This document shows positions 31,671 through 40,159 of a stretch of DNA of 64,000 nt, in pieces. The position numbers and the translations under genes are program-made. Each line of letters begins with the position of its first letter. Within the stretch, counting starts at the first letter, position 1. Below the pieces are notes generated by a model, which worked only from the letters and a program-made list of their open reading frames with translations, did not search any database and was not told where the DNA came from. The stretch is from Planctomycetota bacterium (GTDB lineage: Bacteria > Planctomycetota > B15-G4): positions 768,001 through 832,000 of the forward strand of contig CBDFJQ010000002.1 of NCBI GenBank assembly GCA_965248575.1, written 5' to 3'.

Positions 31671-33212
31671 ATGACTCGCGCCGCTTCATCCGAAGTTCCC
31701 AGCGCCCCTCGGTCTCGGACCGGGGGGCGCTTGTCTGTCGGGTCTTGGTGGGGAGGGCTGCCCTCCTTGCTGGGCCGGTGCAGCCTCGCGTGCAGCCTCG
31801 CGTGCAGCCTCACGAGTGCCTGTGGTGACCCGCAGTCGGGTCCGGGGACGACAGGCCAGGGCACCATGGGCGCCGGCCTCGCAGAAGGGCAGCTGTCGTC
31901 CGGGGCGACCTCACTCGATGTCGAAGGCGCGGCCCCTCAACATGTCGTACTGGTGGTGCTCGACACGACCCATGCACGGCATCTCGGCTGCTACGGCGGC
32001 GATGTCGAGGTCTCTCCAAATCTGGATGCTCTCGCGGCGCGGGGTGTTCGCTTCGCCGAGGCTCGCTCCAACACCACGTGGACCTTGCCGTCGACGGTCT
32101 CCCTGTTGACGGGTCTGTACCAAGAGAGCCACGCCGTCGCGACGGCTCGCGACGTCCTGCCGGACGACTTGCCGCTGCTCACGAATGAACTTCAAGCGGC
32201 AGGCTTCGACGTCGCGTTCATCTCCCAGATGATCTTCGCGTCGGAACGCCATGGCTTTGACCGCGGGGTGGACCACTTCGTCTATCACGGCAAGAACCGC
32301 GGAGCTCCGGAGTTTCACGCCGCAGTCAGGGATCGTTTGGGAGCCCTGCCCGAGGGCCCATCGTTTACGTATCTCCACTACCGGCGGCCTCATTCGCCGT
32401 ACGACCCGGCCCCAGAGTTTCTCGCGCCCTTTGAGGTGGGGTGCTCTCTTGCTGATGGCTCCCGCGACGACGTCTTGCGTTTCATCGATGGCGCAGCAGA
32501 TCCGCAGCTGGATGAGGCTGAGGTCGAGCACCTGCGGCACCTGTACCGCGCGAGCTTGAGGCAGGTCGATGCACGTCTCGAGCAGGACGTGCTGTCCGCC
32601 CTGTCGCCGCGCTTGTCCGAGGACACCCTACTGGTGGTGACGTCTGACCACGGGGAAGGCCTGGGCGAGCATGGTGACTTCGGACATGGTCCGAGGCTCT
32701 TCGGTGAGCACGTGCGGGTCCCGTTGCTGTGGATTGGCCCCATGCTGCGCCCCTCGGTGATCGAGACGCCGGTGTCCACCGTGGATGTCGCCCCAACGCT
32801 TTATGAGCTGCTCGGGCTGGAATCACCAGGAGCGATGGACGGGGCTTCCTTGGCTGCGCAGATGATGGGAGGGCAGGCGCCAGCGACCCGGCGCGCACCC
32901 GTCCGCTTGTCGGGGCGTTGGTATCCCGGGCAATGGCCCGAGGTCGGCGTCGTGGGGTCGGGTTGGACCCTGCTGCTGAGCGGTGAGCCCGGGCGCGAGA
33001 GCCTGCAGCTGTTTGACCGCACCCACGACCCGTGGGAATTGGAGCCCCGCGGCGTGGCTGACGTCCCTGGAGACGCTCTGAGAGAGGTGGAACAGATGGA
33101 GAAGCTCGCACGCTTCATCCGCTCTCAGCGACCACCCACGGCAGGACCAAAGACCGCACCACTGAGCCAGGAGCAAGAAGAGGAGCTGCGCCGACTTGGC
33201 TACTTGAGATGA
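31671..33212 (+). CDS. Sulfatase-fold enzyme, probable lipoprotein
   Basis: LTSAC lipobox-like; VVLDTTHARHLG, TWTLPSTVSLLTG, PHSPY, VTSDHGE; ends LRRLGYLR. Confidence 0.85.
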   Translation: MTRAASSEVPSAPRSRTGGRLSVGSWWGGLPSLLGRCSLACSLACSLTSACGDPQSGPGTTGQGTMGAGLAEGQLSSGATSLDVEGAAPQHVVLVVLDTTHARHLGCYGGDVEVSPNLDALAARGVRFAEARSNTTWTLPSTVSLLTGLYQESHAVATARDVLPDDLPLLTNELQAAGFDVAFISQMIFASERHGFDRGVDHFVYHGKNRGAPEFHAAVRDRLGALPEGPSFTYLHYRRPHSPYDPAPEFLAPFEVGCSLADGSRDDVLRFIDGAADPQLDEAEVEHLRHLYRASLRQVDARLEQDVLSALSPRLSEDTLLVVTSDHGEGLGEHGDFGHGPRLFGEHVRVPLLWIGPMLRPSVIETPVSTVDVAPTLYELLGLESPGAMDGASLAAQMMGGQAPATRRAPVRLSGRWYPGQWPEVGVVGSGWTLLLSGEPGRESLQLFDRTHDPWELEPRGVADVPGDALREVEQMEKLARFIRSQRPPTAGPKTAPLSQEQEEELRRLGYLR

Positions 33213-34036
33213 GCAGGTCTTGTCGCGACGCCCTCGACGCGGGCGAGTTGGAGATCGCGCAGCTGTTCCTCGACGTGCAAGTCCAATTGCTCGGCCAACG
33301 CCTCTGTCAGGCCATCCGGGTCGGCGGGATCCCAATGCAGATCCACCGTGCAGGGGGCGTCGAGGTCCATGTTCTCCGTCAACTCGACTCCGATCAGGAC
33401 GCGGAGTTGTGACAGCAGGACCGAAGTCCGCTGCCCTTGGATGGAGAGGGAGCCGTCGCTGCGCATCACCTGCCCGTCGCGATCGCCTCCCAGGTGCTGA
33501 CTCCAAGCGGGGCCGGCGCGCATCACCTTGACGGGCAGTTGCTCAGTGCTCAGGGCGACGCTCACACCATAGTGTTGCGTCAGCCCCTCGAGGATGCGGG
33601 CATGGGCGTCGTCCCAACCATCGAAGTCGTGCTCCAGAAAACCATGTTTGCGTGCAGCGTCGATGTCGAACCAGAAGCCGTCCAGGCTCTCATCCCCCAA
33701 GACCCGGCTCGATGGGAGGTCGACGCAGCGCGCGATGGCGTCGCGCAGGCTGATGCCGAACCAGGACATGCGCCCCGTGAAGAAGCCCGAATTCGAGCTG
33801 CTGCCGAGACGCCTCCCTTCGAGCGAGGGGAGTTGTTCCACTGTCAGACGAATCTCGCCGGTGTCCCGCCACACGAGCTGGCCGTCGTCGTAGCCCTGGC
33901 CAGCATCTGACTTCTCCATGGCCAGGTTGCCCAAGGAGCTGACGAGGCCTTCACTTCCACCGGTGCTCAGCGAGAGGCCGGCCACGATGGCCAGACCCAG
34001 CACGACAAGCAGAAACCAACCCATGGTTCGCAGCAT
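33200..34036 (-). CDS. Hypothetical exported protein resembling the TIGR03435/DUF3738 family
   Basis: N-terminal hydrophobic helix; SLRDAIA...RVLG...WFDIDA...LTEALAEQLDL pattern; GGAG RBS. Confidence 0.55.
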   Translation of the reverse strand: MLRTMGWFLLVVLGLAIVAGLSLSTGGSEGLVSSLGNLAMEKSDAGQGYDDGQLVWRDTGEIRLTVEQLPSLEGRRLGSSSNSGFFTGRMSWFGISLRDAIARCVDLPSSRVLGDESLDGFWFDIDAARKHGFLEHDFDGWDDAHARILEGLTQHYGVSVALSTEQLPVKVMRAGPAWSQHLGGDRDGQVMRSDGSLSIQGQRTSVLLSQLRVLIGVELTENMDLDAPCTVDLHWDPADPDGLTEALAEQLDLHVEEQLRDLQLARVEGVATRPAHLK

Positions 34037-34423
34037 TCGACGGACTCCAGGAGGGGGTAGCGATCATCGGGTCGAGAGCCGCCTCTGCAAGCAGACTCAC
34101 GGGATATGGGCGCGAGCCAGCTCGCCCAGGGTGCACAGGGCACTGAGTGGGAGATCACGGCTGGGGTTTCTCACTCCAGGCCTTCCCGAGATAGAGTGAA
34201 GAGGACTTTCCAGCTTGTTCTCGTCGATGGCAGCCAGGGCACCGGACAGAAGACCCGTGCGTCTGGGGCCTCGGCATCCTCCGGATCCCTTCATGCGCGT
34301 CTCGACACCGCCTCGCAGCCGTGGGCTCAGCCCGAGAGCTCATTGGGTATCCGAATCGGCGCCGGGGTCGAGCTGGAGGCTCCTCCAGCGCTCTGGGGCG
34401 TGCCTCAAGCCGGGGCTGCTCTC

Positions 34424-35749
34424 ATGACGCCGAAGCTGAGCGGCTGGGGCCGCTATCCCGTCGTGGAGGGGGCCGAGCAGCTCTCTGAGGATCTCTCCAC
34501 GGCTTGTCGGGGGGCGGCGCTCTCGAGAGGGCTTGCCCGCTCCTACGGCGATGCGTCGCTGCCCGCGAGCCCGGACGCTGTGGTGGCGGGCACGCGCTTC
34601 GGAAACAGGGTGTTGTCCTTTGACCACGAAACGGGGCTCTTCCGCGCCGAGGCGGGCTTCACCTTGCGAGAACTGGATGCCATCAGTCGGCCGGCTGGCT
34701 GGGTGAGCCCGGTCTGCCCGGGCACGGCCCAGGTGACCCTGGGTGGCATGGTGGGCTCGGATGTGCACGGCAAGAATCACCATGTCCGGGGGACGTTCGG
34801 TGAACACGTGGTGTCGCTGCGCATGCTGGTGGCCGACGGTCGCTGCCTCGACATCAGCCGCGACGCGGAAGCGGAGCTGTTCACTGCGACCCTGGGAGGG
34901 ATGGGCCTGACTGGCCACATCCTCGAGGTGGAGGTCCAACTGGCTGCCGTGAGCGCACCCTGGATCCACATGGAGGAGGAGATCGCAACGGATCTCCGAG
35001 ACCTGGTGACACGCTTGCGCCGCGCGTCCCGGGAATGGCCCTACACCATGGCCTGGGTGGACTCCCTCACGCGCGGGCGCGCGATGGGGCGAGGAGTTGT
35101 CATGAAGGGGCGCTGGGCCGAACCGGGGGAGGCGCCGCCCGAGCCGCCTGCCAGTCTGCCGCGCATCACCCTTCCCTTCGATTTCCCCAGCTTCGTGCTT
35201 GGAAATATCAGCGTCGCCGCCTTCAACATGGCCTTTTACGGCATGCACAAGCTACGCCCGCGGAATGGGATCGTGCACCCGGACAGCTTCTTCTATCCCT
35301 TGGATTCCCTGCTGCAGTGGAATCGCATGTATGGCCGCAAGGGCTTCATCCAGCACCAGTGTGTCCTGCCTGTGGACGAAGGAGAGGCCTCGATCCACCG
35401 GTTCTTCGACACGCTGACGTCCTTTGGGGATGCATCCTTCCTGACGGTGCTCAAGGACTGCGGTCCAGCGGGCACGGGCATGATCAGTTTTCCCCGACCG
35501 GGGCTTTCCGTCGCGCTGGACATTCCCATGCGCGGTGAACGGACGCAGGAGCTGGTGGATGCGCTCAACAGGCACGTCCTGGATGCAGGAGGTCGCGTGT
35601 ATTTGGCAAAGGACGCCTTGACCCGACCGGCTGACTTCCGTGCGATGGAACCCCGGCTCGATGCCTGGAACTCAGTTCGCAGGAAATGGGACCCCGAGGG
35701 GCTGCTGAAGAGCGCCCTGTCCGTGCGATTGCTAGGAGATGAGGCATGA
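34424..35749 (+). CDS. dprE1: DprE1-like FAD-dependent polyprenylphosphoryl-ribose 2'-oxidase
   Basis: LSGWGR, RGLARSYGDA, PGTAQVTLGGMVGSDVHGKNHH, GGMGLTGHI, GGRVYLAKD; coupled to an SDR and a UbiA gene. Confidence 0.88.
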   Translation: MTPKLSGWGRYPVVEGAEQLSEDLSTACRGAALSRGLARSYGDASLPASPDAVVAGTRFGNRVLSFDHETGLFRAEAGFTLRELDAISRPAGWVSPVCPGTAQVTLGGMVGSDVHGKNHHVRGTFGEHVVSLRMLVADGRCLDISRDAEAELFTATLGGMGLTGHILEVEVQLAAVSAPWIHMEEEIATDLRDLVTRLRRASREWPYTMAWVDSLTRGRAMGRGVVMKGRWAEPGEAPPEPPASLPRITLPFDFPSFVLGNISVAAFNMAFYGMHKLRPRNGIVHPDSFFYPLDSLLQWNRMYGRKGFIQHQCVLPVDEGEASIHRFFDTLTSFGDASFLTVLKDCGPAGTGMISFPRPGLSVALDIPMRGERTQELVDALNRHVLDAGGRVYLAKDALTRPADFRAMEPRLDAWNSVRRKWDPEGLLKSALSVRLLGDEA

Positions 35750-36483
35750 AGGCTGTCGTCCTGGGAGCCACCAAGGGCATGGGGCGCAGCATGGCCCAGG
35801 CCATGGCTGCGCGCGGTGACTCGCTCTGCTTGCTAGGGCGTGATCCGGAGACCTTGGCGACCAGCGCCAAGGACCTCGAGTTGCGCGGAGCCGAAGGGGC
35901 CGTCGCTTGCGTGCCTTGCGATCTCGCCGAGCGGGAGGGCTTCGAAGCGGCGCTCGATGCCGCGGACGAGGCCCTGGGGCAGTTCGACACCGTGGTCATC
36001 ACGGCGGGCCTGTTTGATCAGCAGGAAGCCCTGGAGGAAGATGTCGAGAAGACCGCCAGCCTGCTGCAGGTGAACTTCACCAACACCGTCATGCTCTGCG
36101 AGGCGATCCGCAAGCGGCTGCTTCAGCGAGGGGGCGGCACCCTGTGCGTGTTCTCTTCGGTCGCTGGCGACCGCGCACGCAAACCGGTTGTCCTCTACGG
36201 AGCGAGCAAGGCGGGGCTCACGTACTACCTGCAGGGGTTGGATCACAAGTTCCACGGAGAGGGCTTGCAGGTCGTGCTGGTGAAGCCGGGATTCGTCAAG
36301 ACGACCATGACCGCCGGACTGGATCCGCCGCCCTTTGCGGGCGAGCCGGATGGCGTGGCCAAGACCGTGCTTGCAGCCATGGACCGCGGCCAGGTGGTGG
36401 TCTACGCCCCGGGCATGTGGCTTTTGGTGATGACCGTGATTCGTTTTCTGCCACGCTTTGTCATGCGACGGATCGGATTCTGA
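35746..36483 (+). CDS. dprE2: DprE2-like short-chain dehydrogenase
   Basis: LGATKGMG, SSVAGDRAR, YGASKAG, VKPGFVKTTMT; ATGA overlap with the DprE1-like gene. Confidence 0.82.
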   Translation: MKAVVLGATKGMGRSMAQAMAARGDSLCLLGRDPETLATSAKDLELRGAEGAVACVPCDLAEREGFEAALDAADEALGQFDTVVITAGLFDQQEALEEDVEKTASLLQVNFTNTVMLCEAIRKRLLQRGGGTLCVFSSVAGDRARKPVVLYGASKAGLTYYLQGLDHKFHGEGLQVVLVKPGFVKTTMTAGLDPPPFAGEPDGVAKTVLAAMDRGQVVVYAPGMWLLVMTVIRFLPRFVMRRIGF

Positions 36484-36485
36484 TC

Positions 36486-37346
36486 ATGGACGTTGCGGCC
36501 TACTTCAAGCTCGCGCGCCCACGGCACTGGGTGAAGAACGTGTTCATCCTCATGCCGCTGCCTCACTCCCTGGCGAGCACGGGGACCTTTGACCCGACGG
36601 TCTTGCTGCTTGGCATTGCCGGCTTTTGCCTGGCCAACTCCGGCATCTATGCCCTGAACGATGCCCATGATGCTGAGCAGGACAGGCTGCACGAGGACAA
36701 GAAGTCCCGGCCCATTGCGGCCGGGCGCATCTCGGAGGCAGGTGGCCGCGTCTTCGGCGTCTTGCTGCTGCTGGGTGCGCTGGCGGTCGCCTGGAGTACG
36801 GGGCGGCAGGGTGCGCTGTGGATCACGGTTGCCTACATCCTGATCAACATCGTCTACTCGTTCTGGGCGCGCGCCGTGGCCCTGCTCGATGTCTTCCTCT
36901 TGTCATCGGGCTTCGTTCTGCGCGTGTTGCTCGGGTGTGTTCTCGTACAGGTGGAACCGTCCAACTGGCTGCTGCTCTGCACGTCGACCTTGGCCTTGTT
37001 CCTGGGCCTCGCAAAACGTCGCGGGGACGTTGTCGCCGGAGTCGATGACACCCACCGGCCGAGCCTCGCAGGCTACAACCTGTCGTTCCTCGATCAGGCG
37101 ATCGGGGTGACGAGTGGCATGGCCATCGTGGCCTACGCGCTCTACTGCATGGAGTCCGCAGTCCTGATCGAGGGACGCGAATTCGCGACCTTGCCGTTTG
37201 TGGTCTTCGGCGTCTTCGAGTACCTGCGCGTCGTGCACGTGAAGTCCCAGGGCGGCTCGCCCGTGGACATCATCCTCAAGAACGTCGTGCTGCAGATCTG
37301 CGGTGTGGGTTGGGTGGTGGCGACCTACTGGAGCCTGAGCGGCTAG
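36486..37346 (+). CDS. Polyprenyl-phosphate phosphoribosyltransferase (UbiA family, Rv3806c/NoeC-like)
   Basis: RPRHWVKN, YALNDAHDAEQDRLH..KKSRPIAAG, GFVLRVLLG, LAKRRGD; multiple TM helices. Confidence 0.88.
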   Translation: MDVAAYFKLARPRHWVKNVFILMPLPHSLASTGTFDPTVLLLGIAGFCLANSGIYALNDAHDAEQDRLHEDKKSRPIAAGRISEAGGRVFGVLLLLGALAVAWSTGRQGALWITVAYILINIVYSFWARAVALLDVFLLSSGFVLRVLLGCVLVQVEPSNWLLLCTSTLALFLGLAKRRGDVVAGVDDTHRPSLAGYNLSFLDQAIGVTSGMAIVAYALYCMESAVLIEGREFATLPFVVFGVFEYLRVVHVKSQGGSPVDIILKNVVLQICGVGWVVATYWSLSG

Positions 37347-38713
37347 CTCTTGAGGCCGCGCACAGCCCAGGACTGCCGGTAGGTCTTGTGCACCAGGGCG
37401 CTGGCGTCAGGACGCCCTGCGAACTGGAGCATGCGTGAGTTCCACTGCAGGGTCTCGTCTGGGAACTCCAGGGCGATGTTGCCGAGCAAGGCGATCTCTG
37501 TCAGCGGGCCCGCGTAGCTGAACGGCGTGCGGGGTTCCTCTCGGCCGAAGCAGGCTTCCACGAACTGCTGCCAGTGGTTGATCTCGTCCAGCTCTGGCAG
37601 GTGCAGCTCCCGTTCACCGCTGGGCAGGAACAGGCGGCAGTCCTCGTAGGGGCTCGCGAGCAGGGCTCCTTTGCTGCCGACGAAGAAGGCTGCGTTGGCG
37701 TACACCTCTCCGGTGTTCCACGACTCGAGCAGCGCGTCGGGCTTGCGTCCGCCGTCGTGCCAGACGACATGCACGCCTTCGTCGGCGCAGGAATCGTTGG
37801 CCGCCTCGAAGTCATAATGGACCTCGGACCAGAGCGGGAAGCTCTCTCCGTTGGGCGCTGGACCCGCCGAGCGGACGCTGGCGGGTGCGCGCACTCCCAG
37901 GAACCACGGCACGGGATCCATCAAGTGGCACGCCATGTCGCCCTGGGCGCCCGTGCCGAAGTCCTTGCGACCGCGCCACTGGAAGGCGTGGTACTGGCCC
38001 TCCTTGTACGGCCGCTCTGGCGCGACACCCAGCCAACCGTCCCAGTCGAGGGTCTCCGGAACCGGGTCGCTGCCTTCGCTGCGCTCGACGTCTTGTGGCC
38101 ACCAGCCGGCAGGGCGGTCGGTCCAGACGTGGACCTCGTGGATCGGGCCCGTGGCGCGGTCGTCGAAAACGCGCCGAGCACGGCGGAAATTCACGAGGCT
38201 GTGGTTCTGGATCCCCATCTGGGTGACGGCGCCCATGCGGTCCGCCGCTTCCACCAGACGCCTCGCCTCGAGCACCGTGTGTGTCAGGGGCTTCTGGCAG
38301 TAGACGTGCAGGCCCGCCAGGATGGCCGTCATGGCGATGGGGGCGTGCATGTGGTCCGGCGTGGAGACGTTGACGGAATCCAACCGCCCGGCTTCAGCAG
38401 CGAGCAACTCGCGCCAGTCGCTGTAGGTGCGGGCGTCGGGGTGCAGCTCCGCAGCGCGCGCCAGCTTCGTGGCATCCACGTCACACAAGGCGATGATGCT
38501 CACGTCGGGATGCCCGCCGATGTTCTTCATGTCCCACTCGCCCATGCCACCGACGCCGATGCAAGCATGGCGCAGGGTGGCGCCCTGAACGATGCGACGC
38601 CTGGTGGCGCAGCCGGTCAGGCTCAGGGGCACGATGGCGGCGGCTGCGCCGAGTGCAGCGGCCCGCTTGAGGAGGTCGCGCCGATCAAGGGGGGACGGTC
38701 CGGAGAGTGGCAT
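37343..38713 (-). CDS. Gfo/Idh/MocA oxidoreductase with Tat signal
   Basis: DRRDLLKR twin-arginine motif, IGVGGMG, STPDHMH, YCQKPLTH, GDMACHLMD. Confidence 0.92.
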   Translation of the reverse strand: MPLSGPSPLDRRDLLKRAAALGAAAAIVPLSLTGCATRRRIVQGATLRHACIGVGGMGEWDMKNIGGHPDVSIIALCDVDATKLARAAELHPDARTYSDWRELLAAEAGRLDSVNVSTPDHMHAPIAMTAILAGLHVYCQKPLTHTVLEARRLVEAADRMGAVTQMGIQNHSLVNFRRARRVFDDRATGPIHEVHVWTDRPAGWWPQDVERSEGSDPVPETLDWDGWLGVAPERPYKEGQYHAFQWRGRKDFGTGAQGDMACHLMDPVPWFLGVRAPASVRSAGPAPNGESFPLWSEVHYDFEAANDSCADEGVHVVWHDGGRKPDALLESWNTGEVYANAAFFVGSKGALLASPYEDCRLFLPSGERELHLPELDEINHWQQFVEACFGREEPRTPFSYAGPLTEIALLGNIALEFPDETLQWNSRMLQFAGRPDASALVHKTYRQSWAVRGLKS

Positions 38714-38981
38714 GCTCAAGCTCGATGAGAGGGTGGTGGCGGTCTGCGGCCCAGAAAGTGCCCGCCTAGGGTCGATTGGGGCCGAAACACGGTATCAGGC
38801 TTCCGCTGGCCTGCTCCAATTGAGCTGGGTTCTCATGGGCATGCCTCGCTCCGCAGCTTTCCAGGTGCGCAGCTGCGCTTGAAGCAGCCTCAAGGATGTC
38901 GTGGACGGACTTCGATAGGAAGCGGGATGCCCTCGCCTCTCATGGCAGGGGCCCGCGACTCGTTCTCTTCATGGAGTTGGC

Positions 38982-40058
38982 ATGGCTTCAATCGACGCGA
39001 TCTTCCCCTTGGTTGTCGAGCGCGGTGCGAGCGATCTGCACATCTCCCCGGGCCGCCCTCCCTTGATTCGCGTTGCTGAAGGTCTGATGCCCCTGGAGGG
39101 GGACCCCATGGACGCCGACATGACGCGGCGCTTCCTGGGCGAGATGATGACGCCATCCCAGCTGGCCTACTTCGAAGAGAACAAGGAGATCGACTTCGCC
39201 TACGAAATTCCGGGCGTCGTGCGCTTGCGTTGCAACATCTTCGAGCAGCTGCAGGGAGTCGCGGGCGTCTTCCGCCTGGTGCCCTCCGAGATTCCGAATC
39301 CCGAAGCGCTGGGTCTGCCCCGGGAGATCATGCAGTTCTGTGAGCTTCCGCGCGGTCTGGTGGTCGTGACGGGGGCGACCGGCTCCGGCAAGTCCACTAC
39401 CTTGGCGGCCATGATCGATGCCATCAACTCGTCCAGGAACCGGCACATCCTGACCGTCGAAGATCCGGTTGAGTTCGTGCACCCCAACAAGAAGAGCCTC
39501 GTGAATCAGCGCGAAGTGGGCTCGCACACCTTGTCCTTCTCAGCGGCCCTGCGGTCGGCCTTGCGCGAGGATCCGGACATCATCCTCGTTGGCGAGATGC
39601 GTGACCTCGAGACCATCCGCCTGGCAATCTCTGCTGCCGAGACGGGACACCTCGTGTTCGGCACGCTGCATACGAACAGCGCTGCAGGAACAGTGGACCG
39701 GATCATCGACGCCTTCTCGGCGGATGAGCAGTCCCAGATTCGCGTCATGCTGGCCGAGAGCCTCAAGGGCGTGGTGGCACAGCGCCTGTTGCCTGCTGCG
39801 GGTGGAGGGGGTCGGGTGGCGGCCTTCGAGGTCTTGGTGAACACCTCGGCCATGAGCAACCTGATCCGCGAGAGTCGCTCCCATCAGATCGAAGGAATGA
39901 TGCAGACCGGACGCAAGGACGGGATGATCACCCTCGACCAGTCACTGCGGGAGCTCGTGGATGCCGGACAGCTCGAGATTGCGGAGGCCGCGCGGCATGC
40001 GGGCAACCCGGCGGCTTTCGGCATGGATGTCTGGGACTCGCAGCCCAGCTTGGCCTGA
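38982..40058 (+). CDS. pilT: Type IV pilus retraction ATPase PilT
   Basis: ASDLHI, GATGSGKST, EDPVEF, ALREDPD, GTLHT, AMSNLIRE (AIRNLIRE variant). Confidence 0.93.
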   Translation: MASIDAIFPLVVERGASDLHISPGRPPLIRVAEGLMPLEGDPMDADMTRRFLGEMMTPSQLAYFEENKEIDFAYEIPGVVRLRCNIFEQLQGVAGVFRLVPSEIPNPEALGLPREIMQFCELPRGLVVVTGATGSGKSTTLAAMIDAINSSRNRHILTVEDPVEFVHPNKKSLVNQREVGSHTLSFSAALRSALREDPDIILVGEMRDLETIRLAISAAETGHLVFGTLHTNSAAGTVDRIIDAFSADEQSQIRVMLAESLKGVVAQRLLPAAGGGGRVAAFEVLVNTSAMSNLIRESRSHQIEGMMQTGRKDGMITLDQSLRELVDAGQLEIAEAARHAGNPAAFGMDVWDSQPSLA

Positions 40059-40159
40059 ACCTTGGCCTGAACAGGGGCCCGTCCAGGGACCGCTCCCGTT
40101 TTGCAGATCGACAGTTGCTTGCTTGGTAGCGCTTCGCGGCACCGATACACTCGTGGCCC

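Noticed and set aside
31779..31811. 12-bp microduplications (TGCAGCCTCGCG here; similar ones near 4770, 20408 and 40050)
   Set aside because: Unrelated sequences in linkers, signal regions or gene ends; consistent with ordinary slippage.
34037..34423. 390-bp gap before the DprE1-like gene as a riboswitch or N-terminal extension
   Set aside because: Only weak hairpins and no recognisable aptamer; homology starts at MTPKLSGWGR.
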